The position numbers and the translations under genes were made by a program. From assembly GCA_028023455.1 (NCBI GenBank), contig JAQFVV010000002.1, positions 1,054,001-1,118,000 of the forward strand: DNA of 64,000 nt, written 5' to 3'. Below are positions 52,251 through 64,000 of the stretch, piece by piece. The DNA is from Epiperipatus broadwayi. Taxonomy: Eukaryota; Animalia; Onychophora. Each line of letters starts with the position of its first letter. Positions within the stretch are counted from its first letter, which is position 1. A model generated the notes under the pieces. It did not search any database and was not told the DNA's origin. It saw only the letters and a program-made list of their open reading frames with translations.

Positions 52251-53889
52251 TTTTTTTATAATATTATCAAGTACAATGGCAAAAACTATTTGAAAAAATA
52301 TTTGTTAAAATTTAACATTTAGTTTCTATTCTAGAAAATTCCTTGCTTTTCAATATTTATCAGCTCTGATTGAATATGTTTCTACCTTTTTTTTTTTTTT
52401 TGTAATTTAGGTAACAATAAAAATGAAAAAAAATATTATTTTCAGATTTATCTTTTATTTAAATGTAATCTTTAAATAATACATTATTAATATAATTTAC
52501 AAACGTAAATGTGAATCTTTATTGATTATAAATAATTTTGAACTATGTTAAATTAATAAAATCATAGAATTTGTGTAACAGCTAAAAGTTAATCTAGTAT
52601 TTTTTTAAATAAAAATTTCTGTTCAGAAGTAAACCTTATTGTTGTTGTGTCTTATTAATTTAATATTTTTGACTTTATGTTAATAAACGTAATCATACTA
52701 AAACTGAACTTTCATATATCTTGTTGTAATAATTTTACATAATTTATATCTTGATGTAGCCTTATATATAAGAAACACAATAAATTTAATTAATTTGTGT
52801 CCTCACTTATCAATTCCTGTTCTCTATAAAATTTCATTATATTTCAATAATAGTAATATAAGGATATTATGGTTTAAGAAAGATTCAATTGATTAGAAGA
52901 AAAATATATATACTTAAGAAGATCATAAGTAATAAAATAGCAATTGAAAAATTGATGTGCCTAAAAAATACAAAAATTCTGATAAAGAAAATAAATTTTA
53001 AAAATGATTTAGTTTGATGATATATATAATATTATAACTGATAACAAGAAATAATTTTGAAAATGAGCTTCTGTATAAACTACTCAAATTATTTTAATGA
53101 TATATCAATATATAGATTTAAACTTTTAATGATCTTTATTATTATTTTATTTTTTCTAATGAAGTGATAAGATAATATTTAAATAGCTATCTATAAAATG
53201 AATGTAAACAATAAATTTTTTTATATAAAAATGCAAAAGAATTTTCTTTGTTTTTGTTTTTTACTCTTTTTCAAGATTAAATATAGCTTTTTTTTGGAGA
53301 GTAAGTCTTAAATAAATATATATCACACAAAAAAATAAAGGAAATGATCGAAATTTTGAAATTGGAGCAAATACTACACATCTCTATTATTATTATTATT
53401 TTTGGAGGAAAAAAAACAAAAATCTCACAACAAAATACATAAAATAAAACTATCATTGAATCACAAAAAGAATAGATTAATTTGAAAATAAATTTGAAAA
53501 ATCCTAAAGTAAAATGAAAAAACAAATATTTATAAAAAAAATTTAAAGAATGAAATGTTACAACTTAATCTCAAAATCAAAAGATAAATTAAAAAAAAAA
53601 ATGAAATTTAAAAATGATAATAAAGATATTTAATAAAAGAATGAAGAATGTGTTTGGAGGCATAAATCAACAAAGAAGCAGGAATTTATGAAAATTTGAA
53701 GGAACTTCAGAATAATGTCAAGCAAAATACAGCAATACACTCAGCATACAAATTAAAGAAAAAAATGAGATAGTTTACATCTTTAATTTTCTGAATAATG
53801 AAAATAACAATTGTGATTTAGAAAACAAGACATATATATGAGTATAGGAGTTTTAGACTCGATTGCTTCAATTAATTCATTATCAATTA

Positions 53890-54080
53890 TTATCATTAAA
53901 TTTAAAAATAATGATCTCTCCACATTTATTCTAGTTTCTTCAAGCAATAGTATTTTTTGTCCATATCAAGCAAACTTCCTTAATTCATTTACCCATTCTT
54001 TTGGAATCCAGTTTAAAACTTTAGGTGTACAATTATTGTCATGACTTATGGCAATATATTTAGTCCCATTCTATTATGAC
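53890..54080 (-). mobile_element. Decayed RTE 3' fragment
   Basis: TTTTGGAATCCAGTTTAAAAC and flanking sequence match the RTE 3' ends at 48550 and 36150. Confidence 0.55.
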
Positions 54081-56254
54081 ATCATAATTTTTTCAATAAT
54101 ATTTGTTTTTTTTTTACACATAAAGACTAATTTTTATTTCTTTTTGTTACATCGAATATAAAATTATCTATATTTTTTTATGTAGTTCTGAATTTTCTCA
54201 ATTTTTTTATTGTGTCCAAGTATCATATATGTAAATATATAGCAGGAAAAAAAGTTTATCAATAACCTTAAAGTTCATAAATGTATTCTGTACAAGTTCA
54301 ATTTTACTTTAACTTTATCAATTTTTTTTAAAATCATGCTTTAGAAGCACCAACTCTAGACTAAATAGTTAATAAACATAAGATGGTATAGTATTATAAT
54401 ATCCCTAACCCAAAATGTTTTCAGGATTTTGCCTTTGTCAATGAGATATAGAATTCAAATATTAATTGGTCTGGGAATAAAAATATTATAACACTAAAAC
54501 ATCTTATATTCACTGGTTAGGCAAGCTTACACTAGATGGCTCTAGAGTAAAGTGAAAATACTGCTCATAAAGTGTATGAATGATATATTAGCATTTAATA
54601 TTAATTTATTCTAATTCAACATTACTAATCTTTAGTTATTTTTTTTTTTTTAAAAAAACAAACTATTGAGCATTATTTTAGCCTTTTTAGCATTTATATT
54701 TAGGCCCACTGTTTTATTATTTTCCTGAAAGTATTGGAAATTTTAAAGTACTATAGTCAGAAACAAAAGCATCGTTTGCAAATTTAGTCACTAATAAATT
54801 ATATTACTTTTAGTTAAAATTATAATATCAATATTAACTTTCTTCTGCATTCACATTTCTATCTTTATTTAATATTCTAACTGAAAAGAAATATATATTA
54901 ATATAATAATAACAATATATCGATTTATATATCTGCAATATTATTTAGGAAATAAGTTTTAACCATATGTGGTCAACCTATAGTTTTAAAACAATTGTTG
55001 ACGGTAGAGAATGTATGTCTATTCTAGCGCATGTTTAAAGAATAGTTTCTTCCATAATATTACAGATATATATTGATAATATTTTTTTACATATGATGTC
55101 AAAAATATAATGTTATTATCATAGATTTTCTCATTTATTAATTTATTCACTTTCTGTAATATACACGCATATATCTATAAATACATACATGTAGAAGGAT
55201 TAATTAATTTCTATTTATTTATTTTACATTGTCTGACCAATAATATTATTGCCAAATAATAAATAAATATTTTCGGTGGTAATATATCTTTATTTTCCAT
55301 CCTCTTAAACAATTTATTTTAATATCTTAACACTCATACTACATTATAAACTTTAATAGTGTTTTACATTATTTCGATGCTATTATTTCATTTTATATAT
55401 ATTAATCAACTCTGTAACCACTTTTAATTTATCTTTTCAACTAGTAAATATTAATGACATGTAATACATATTTTTATATAACAAAATTTAAATAAATCAT
55501 TAACTAAGTTTGTGAAATAACCATAGCAACAACACAATATTTAGACACATGTTATTCAGGTGTATAAATACCGAATAATAAAAATTCTGATTTATAAACT
55601 ACAACAAATAGCTCAAAACATAATTTATTTTTAGAAATAAGACAATTCTTACATTTTCTTAAAGAAATATTTATAGTGTGTGTCGACACCGTGGTTACAA
55701 TTAAAATATATTATATAGCTCTTAGAACTCCCTTTCAAATATGTCAAGACGTCCTTAAAAAATAGCTGAAAAATTATTATTTTATTACAAAAGAAAAAAA
55801 CAAAACAAAAACAACAATAACATAATGTTAATGAGAATCTTCACCAGATGCAATGTTAATTAAGAACAAATAATGCATATATATAATATGGTATTATCTT
55901 TAAATAATAATTGATTATACCCTATTTTTTGCTTATATCACTACTACATCTTTTATACAGTACCTATCTATTTATTGACCCATCCATATATCTGTCCACA
56001 TAAATATGTATCTATCATACCATATTCTCAGACATAAACTTATTAACTTTTCTATTTAATTAATGATTTAGCCACTAACCTTTCTTCCAGCCTATGTAAC
56101 TGTTATCTACATGTCTCTCCACTATTTTATCTTTTTATCCAATCTATATTGCTTTAATAGTTTATAATTCTTTTGACATTAAAATAGCTACATTGAATAA
56201 CTGGTAATTTATAAATATATTTATTCACTGAATGATTAATCAAAATATCTATCA

Positions 56255-56545
56255 TAACAACAATTCACAAGTCAAACTCATATTGTTATTTTAATAATTT
56301 GTAAATAATGACTTCTGCTACATATCAATACTAATCTACTAATTAAATACAAGATTTATTATTATTGATATGAAAAAGTGGTTATTATAGAGATATTTAA
56401 AAAACCTAAATAATAATGCTACTTTCTCATATCAATCTTAGCAATTTTTTATCTAAATGATAGATTTACATTGTTATGAGAAAATAGATATTGTTTAGAT
56501 GTCTGTTAAAATAACAATCTGACATAGACTTGTGAATTGTTGTTG
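56255..56545. repeat. Old degenerate fold-back
   Basis: AACAACAATTCACAAGTC...ATTGTTATTTTAA pairs with TTAAAATAACAAT...GACTTGTGAATTGTTGTT. Confidence 0.55.
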
Positions 56546-59229
56546 CAGTAACATGTTTAGACTTAACTACTTTATGAGTAAGCTTATATATATCAGCTCT
56601 ATATATTTCATAGCTATTATTTATTTATGGAATTATTAAAAGCTTTAGTATGTTATATATATTATTTTTCTAAAAAAACACTGTCATTACTCATTTGTGG
56701 TGAATAAAAATGAAGTTCTGTTTTAATAAAAGTGTAATAATAATTTCAAAAAATTTTGTTTGCTATTATTTTTATTTATAGTTTCATTTTTTGTATATCT
56801 TGTTGATACTTTCTTCCCTATTTTTTGTTTTGAATTTAGCTAAAACAATAAAGCCATTTACTCAAGGTTTTAATAAGGTAAATGTAGATGATAACAATCA
56901 ACTCTTAAGTTATCAACAATATAAACTTGTAGTCAAGGCAACTTCTTTTAACAATAAAGGTAGTACAACCTTTATTGTTAAAAGAGGTTGAAATTGTTGA
57001 TAGCTTAAGAGTTTATTATCATCTGAATTTAATATTTATTATTAAATGATGACCTTTTAATAATATTTTTATACAAGTAGATGCATTAAAGGATGTAAAA
57101 AGTTGTCCCATTATCTTTTATAAACAAAATGAGATATTGAGTTTTTTACTATTAAAATCTATTTTAGGTGAAAATTAAATTCATTTTGAAAATCTGGAGG
57201 ATGGATAATGTGCCTATGGCATTCTATAATTGTTAATGATTTGTAAGGTATTTGTTTTTATTTAAAACATGATCTTAAAATGTATTAATTGCCTGTTTTG
57301 CATATACTTTACATTTATTTTGCCAAACTGATAATTTCATTATTACATTAACAAAAACTTTATTCTGAAAGAATTGGTATATTTAAGACAAATTTCAAAA
57401 TATCATGAGTTCTGATAACAAAAACCAACTTTAAAATATTAAAATTCAACTTGTAATTATAAAACACAACAAAAAGTAATAAGTAAGTTATTTAATAATA
57501 GAAATTGTCTGTTTTACATCAGTACATTTTCTGCTGAGTATTTTTTGTAAAAATCTAAAACATTCAAATAAAATCTAAATGTAAACATTACATACATATT
57601 AGAAAATAAATATTTAATAATTTTACAAAAGAGACCAGATAATAAAAAGTTAAACAAATAATGGATAAACTTATCTTTATGTGTATAAAGAAAATGTTTG
57701 TTGCACAAGTTCAGAAATGCTTCTGCATAGAGAAGAATACTTTTGCTATTGCCTATAACAGATTTCTGCCATTGAAATAAATTATAATTACATCAAATAC
57801 CAATGGCAGATAACAATATAATAGAAAATTAAAGTATTTTAAGTTTTTTCAACTGTTTTATTTTGGAGTTTATATGAATATAAAAACATATTAATTAATT
57901 TTTTAATATGTAAATATGAATAATTTTTATAAGTATATATATTTATATCATGTTTTACTTAGAGCTGTGACTCATAATTTGTTAATTACATTTAAATATT
58001 TTTATATTATTATTTTATCATTTAACTTTTCTCTTATTTTGGTGCTGATATAAGACATAATATTGAAGCAAACTATTATAGGTATCACACAAGAATTATG
58101 CAATGTTATTTCCATTTGCAACAATTTAAAATCTTTTATATTAATTTCAGCTTTAATGAAGAAAATTGGCTGTTTTTTTTTTGCTATTTTTCTTATTTTA
58201 TTGATTAACTTTAATAATTCTAGAAAATAGTTGCTTTCTTGGAACCTCCAATATTTTGTTGCAGAATATTATGTTTGTTATTGTTTGTTATTCATAATTT
58301 ATTTTTCTCAACTTATATTATGTTTGTTGTTCAATTGTGGATATGATGTATAAAAATATAAATTATTTTATATCTGTCATTAACCAGTAATACACTTTTA
58401 GTTTGTTTGGCCCTCAGAAAAACTTTGCAACATTTTTACAAACAAATTAAAATTATCACCAGTTGATAAAACTTTTTTTTAGTAATTCTATGTAATGAGA
58501 TGGTAAATGTATAGTTAATGTCATTATTGAAGTAGAACTTAAATTCTTTACTTTGAGTTTCATTCAATTACATACTTTTCTATTTTAATAGTGAATTGTC
58601 ATTTGATGAATTTTCTGTTTGTTGAGCCTATTTTACATCAGTTAAGAAATAACTTATTATTATTTCATCATGATAATTTTCATGAATTTTTACTTTATAT
58701 TAGATCTAAAAAAGGCAAAAAATATTATAAATATGGAAATAAAAATGTGTTAAGTAAAAGAAAAAAATAAATAAATAGCAAATTACAATTACTTGTTTAT
58801 CAATTGTTTTTCCTTTTTAATATTTTAACCAAATGACCAGTTAAAATATAATATGTTAAGATATATATAATATGTGTTTTTAATATTATTTAATTTAATG
58901 AATCTAAATATATTTTGCATGAAAAAATACATAATTTACCATAAGCTGTCAAAAAACAATCTAAAAATAAACATTATTTATTATTACTTTAACTATTAAA
59001 TTAATCTAATTTAACCATGCTTAAAAATTCATTTACAAAAAATAAGATTATAAATAAAGTAAGAAATTGGCAATGACTTAAAAACAATATTATATATTTT
59101 TATTTTTACTAAATAACAGGAAAACTGGAAGAAATTACATTACAAAGGTAATTTTGTTTTAATTTTCATTATTAAAAATTTAGATTTTAATAATTTATAA
59201 ATAATTTTATGCAAATATATATATATATT

Positions 59230-59323
59230 ATGTGTCATAGCATCGGCTGGGAAGAAAACCCGCTAACCCGAGACCACTGCATGTAAGGCAGCTGTGCTGA
59301 CATCTTGACCACCAATGCTTGAC
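59230..59323 (-). mobile_element. tRNA-Val(TAC)-like mini-SINE, copy 2
   Basis: Minus strand GTCAAGCATTGGTGGTCAAG...CTGCCTTACATGCAG...CGGGTTAGCGGGTT...GATGCTATGACACAT, with the same ends and the same CGGGTT duplication as 46578-46672. Confidence 0.75.
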
Positions 59324-60029
59324 AATATATTGCATGTATTTGTTTATGTTTTAACCTAACTTTAATAAATCCAGCGTTGTTGATATTTTTCATGCATTGC
59401 ATTGTGATAATAAAGTACAAGTTGTTTTCAACTTATACCACAAACTTTAAATTGTAAGTTTTTTGTGCAATTTTACCGTTGATATTTTAATTTCATACAG
59501 AATAATTGATAAAAGCAAACAATTAATTTTTATCTATATTTTTTTAATATTTTAAACTGTTAAAAATAAACCAATTATTTTACTTTATGAATGAAAAACT
59601 TAGTATATATCTTTAGATGATTATTATCATTGGCACTTTTTTCTTCAAAATATTGTCATTTGTTTAATTTCATATCGTTTATCTTGAGAAGAATGTAAAG
59701 CCTTAATAAAAATTACAGATTAACAAGTTATTCTAATTTCAAATAGTTCATTATTTTGAGATAAAATGGTATTATTTAATGAAACATTTTAAATTTAAAA
59801 AATATCATAATATATTTATGATATATCCAAGTATTTTTAAATATGTTTGATTACATACATTTTCAACTCATTTGGCATGAATTGTTGACAATCTTTTATT
59901 TGGAACAAAACTACCAGGCATGTTTGTCCAATTTAAAAAAAGATGGCTCTAGACAAAAAAAGCCTATCTTACATTTGCATTTTTTGTCATTACCAATTGA
60001 TTATGACTATCATTCCATTACATTATGCC

Positions 60030-60530
60030 AATATGTTTTATTCACTTTTAATTGTCCACCTATTACCATCTCTTCTATCAATATTTTCAGCCGAAATCAG
60101 TTTCATAATTTTTTCAATGAAGTCGGTAATACTTGTTTGTTCTTTCATCCATGTTTTTTATTTTTTATTTCTCCTTGTTATTCCTAACATACATTTTCCA
60201 TACTTATTAGTAGTCTGAAGTCTTTGTATTGTTTTTCTGTTAAATGTGTAAGTCTCAGGTCCATAAATAAAAAGTAATAAAACATTTATTAAATATCTTT
60301 CTTTTCAACCATATAGGCATATTTTCTTTTAATATTAAGTTATTTCTACCAAAAGCACTCAAATAAGTTTAATTCTATGATTATTTTCATTCATTATGTT
60401 TCTATCTGTAGTAATAATCTGACCAAGGTATTTGTAGTTGTTAATTTCTTCCAATTCATAATTATCAATCTTTATTTTCATCTTTTAAAAAAGTCCATTG
60501 AAGATTACTTTAGTCGTTTTAACATTTAAA
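60030..60530 (-). mobile_element. Decayed RTE LINE fragment
   Basis: YKYLGQIITTD remnant at ~60405-60445. Collinear with 48640-49060. Confidence 0.8.
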
Positions 60531-62094
60531 AAAGACTATACTGATGAGTAATGATGCACAATTCTGTATAGTCGTTTCACTTCACTGCATCAGCAACACT
60601 TCATATTACTGTCTACATTGATATCAGATTCCCTGGATTGAACTCAGCTTCTACTGATCATACAGTCGCTGTATCTTTTTCATGTTCTTAGGCATTAGTT
60701 CTTTTTTTTTTTAAAAAAAAAAAAAAAAACCTTTTTTATATACTTATGCCCCAAGATGTTTTTTGAAAAATCTTTTCTCATCATTTAGATACTCCTTCCA
60801 ATGGCATATACAGTATTAACTTATTTTTTAATTAATTTTATTACGAGGCTGATTATTTAAAAAAACAACCGTCGTTCATTAATCTGAATTTAACATTAAT
60901 TAAACTGTATTATTTTTCCTTCACAAAATAATATTCATTGATACATTTCTTTGTTTTGTTTTGTCTTTTTCTAAAAAAAAAAATACCAGTAACAATGTAT
61001 ACTTAAAATCATAATTAATTAAACATTCTTATTTTTCTTTTTTCTTTAAAAAAAAACTATTGGCCTGCCTTACTAATCAGCCAGTTGGATTTTAGTTTTT
61101 GTCTTTACTTATGTGATTCATTCAGAATAGATCAGAATATATAAATTACATTAAATTTATTTAAACCTAGTTGTTTAATGCCAATTATTCTAAGAAATAA
61201 ATTCTCATTTTGAAAGTAATGTTTAGAGCAAGTTAAAGCAATAAATGTAATTAGTAATACTGGACTGATTGCAAACTTAATTGATTCAAAAAGTACTTCA
61301 CAAAATAAAATGATCCTTTTTACATTGCTTTTTTTTTTATTTCGTGGAAAACTATTTTAACTGCTGCTTGATTTTTCGAAAGTTATTAAATTAATAGATA
61401 CTAAAAAAATAAAAATTTAACAAATATTTATTACTTAAAATAGAAAAAAAACGATAAACTATAAAAATTTTCTATTTTTTAAATCGATTTTTCGACTTTT
61501 ATGTTTACATTGTACAAAATTTTCGAACGGTGTAATATAAATTGTTGATTCAAAATAAAATAATATTTGTAATTTAATAAACATTTGAATAATTTAAGTG
61601 AACCTTTTAATTTATTAAAAAAATAATAAAATAAAGTTTTTTATGGTAAAAAATAAAACTGTAAAGTTCTTATTACTGTAATAATTTACACAAAAATGAT
61701 TTATAAAGTAATTAATTCAATTTAAAAGTTGAAAATAACGTTTATGACAAAATGAATTGTAAATTAAAAAAATAATAACACAGTAGTAAATAACATTAAA
61801 TGTAAAAGGCCATTTTGTTGATTAAAATATTTTTTCATTATTTTGTTAAAAGTTTTTTTTTTTTTTAAAAAAGGGCATAAATAAATTTACGTTTTACTAA
61901 ATTTAACATCACAATATGTTTAAATAATAAACTAATTTTAAACTTTAAATTATGAATTTATAATGATTTTAAACATATTTACATATAATTTTCTAGTTTA
62001 TCTAATTGCTTTGTAATAGTGACTTATAGCGTAAAAACACAAGTAAATATATAATTAATTAATCTTTCATAAAATAGTTCTATGAATTACTTTT

Positions 62095-63580
62095 TATGAA
62101 GTTTTATAAATACATTGTCTAAACATTTTTTAGTACTTATAGAGAATTCTAGAACTCAAGATTGGCAGCAATGTTTTTGTTTAATTGTACATTTTCAGGG
62201 GCATAGTTATCCCATAACCATAATGAATATATTTTACTTGTTAATATTAAAAAATATAAATAAACAGATTATAAATTCCTGTTTATTTTAAAAAATACCA
62301 ATAAATGTATTATAAATTTTATTCCCAGAAATAACACAAAACTATGACAATAAATTTTGAATAAAATAAATTTAATAATTCAAACCACAAGAAATATATT
62401 TTTTGCAGATATGTTTTTAAACAAAAAGTGACTGATATGGATTATTCATGTCAGTAGTCTGAAATCTCTAATGGCCTGCAAAATCACCACAAATGTATTT
62501 TCTTCTTTGTACACGTGTCACCACATTAATTCCACTAAATGGGATTAGTTTTGTGTCATACCTTTCCGTGATGTTTATTGTTTCACTATTTGGATAGAAC
62601 CATAGTCTTTCAATGTTTTGCAAATGCGGATCCACAAAGTTATATCTGTGATTCACTTTAAAACATTGAAAACAAAAATGGCATAAATTATCTGTTTTAT
62701 ATGCCTTCCAGAAATCAGAATAAATCATAGATCCACCAAACACATTTTCTTTAATAGCATCCATAAAACTAGTATCTGTTCTGCCATAAATAGTTATTAT
62801 AAAGCACTTGACATTCCCTCTGAACAAGCCATCAAATAACAACTGCTGTGGAACTATTATCCAATGTTGATTTTTTCCAATCAATAAATGTTTTGTCAGG
62901 CAAGTCTAATTGTAATTTCCCCCATTTCACTGTCATTAATTCTTCAGATCAGCGGTAAATAAAGCTGAATGTAGTCAGAAAAAAATTGAGCACTCTAATC
63001 ATGTTCCCATCCAAATAGATATTCAATTACAACAACTTTTCAGATTGCATCATGATTGTAACTTTGGTTTCAAGAAAAGTCTGATTTCATGACCATTTAA
63101 ATAGACTTTTGAGAAAGGCAGTATTTCATAGTTCTGGAAATACTCAATTGCATGTGTTTCTGTTGATGGAAAATTCCAAATTTTAATCATTTTGGGAAGT
63201 ATAATTTCAAAAAAAAAAAGCAAACATGCTGAAGGTCAATTAACATAATCTTACTCTGAATGTAAAAAAAGACAATATTCCAAACCTGTTAGAATTTATG
63301 TGTGATACAATATTAAAAAAATAATTACTTATATTTTGTGAATAGAATTTATAATGCATTAATTGCTATTTTTAAAATCAACAGGAATTTATAATTAATT
63401 TATTGATATTTTTTAATATTGACAATTAAAATGTATTTGTTAGGATTATGGGCTAATTATACACCCAAAAATGTATAATTAAACAAAAAACAATGACTGC
63501 CAACCTTGGGTTCAAGGATTCTATGTAAGTATGCTTTTTTATTTAAAATGTGTACATAATTTATAAAAGAAATTAATTAT
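62095..63580 (-). mobile_element. Old Merlin transposon with decayed long TIRs and pseudogenised transposase
   Basis: Inverted repeats at ~62095-62330 and ~63335-63580 (true ends may lie further out). ORF 62468-62884 has IYSDFWKAY, KVNHRYNFVDP and QNIERLW. An N-terminal Cys region with stops lies at ~62990-63190. Confidence 0.85.
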
Positions 63581-64000
63581 ATTTTAAATACTTTTCTCAA
63601 CCACCTTGTGCTTATGGCCAAATTAATATATGATAATAGATTTATAAAAATTTAAAAAAAATACATAATTTATTTGAAGAAAATTAAATTTATATTTTTA
63701 TTCTGGTTATGTATGCATTCACAATTTACTTTTTAAAGAACCTGCTATGATTATAATTTTAAATACCATTATAATGTGATGTATGCTTGAAAAGAAAAAT
63801 ATAAAATTAATGTATTTTTAATAAAATTTTATGTAGTTATTTTATCACTGCATTTTAAAATTAATGACAAAGCAATAGTGATGAATTAAAGCCGAACATC
63901 CAAATAGAATTGAGCATTTTGATAGTGATTAATAGATGCAGTATTGCACATTTTTCAAAGCAATAATCATATATAAGATTAAAGCTGTAGTACTATTTAT

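Noticed and set aside
56840-56877. Possible 38 nt plus-strand exon (KTIKPFTQGFNK)
   Set aside because: Splice signals are plausible, but the peptide is unrecognised and such sites arise often in AT-rich DNA.
60534-60590. CTGATGA flanked by GACTATA/TATAGTC, hammerhead-like
   Set aside because: The plus strand lacks GAAA and a valid UH site, and the minus-strand alternative has CUGAUGC and no stem II.
60842-60875. TACGAGGCTGATT... resembling a mariner TIR
   Set aside because: No matching second TIR or transposase remnant was identified.
767-62884. Most short ORFs in the supplied ORF track
   Set aside because: They are low-complexity F/I/L/Y/K/N-rich frames expected by chance in AT-rich DNA, or fragments of the TEs listed above. 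The ORFs at 42194-42887 (+) are antisense shadows of the GC-rich transposase.

Overview
Very AT-rich, CpG-depleted eukaryotic DNA, most likely intronic or intergenic sequence from an invertebrate animal. It is dominated by transposable elements. The only intact protein-coding gene I can support is a young Merlin (IS1595/ISXO2-like DDE) transposase at 42020-42982 (-). It sits in a 1.6 kb element with ~279 bp near-perfect TIRs and an 8 bp TSD, and that element is nested inside an internally deleted Penelope-like retroelement (PLE) with a head-to-head partner copy. The window also holds two older Merlin relics, two Buster-type hAT derivatives with perfect 8 bp TSDs, many decayed RTE-type LINE fragments, a 2.2 kb TG...CA element inserted in a (TA)n tract, an old local duplication that preserves empty insertion sites, and a two-copy tRNA-Val-like mini-SINE. 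The most unusual signal is a set of unrelated fold-back (long inverted repeat) elements whose arms carry minimal type I hammerhead ribozyme motifs. One hammerhead, at 44609-44642, has an intact catalytic core. Two of these families also carry tRNA-like Pol III promoter heads, which suggests non-autonomous, PLE-mobilised retrozyme/SINE-like elements. Host-gene exons could not be established. All alignments were done by eye, so boundaries of the decayed elements are approximate.
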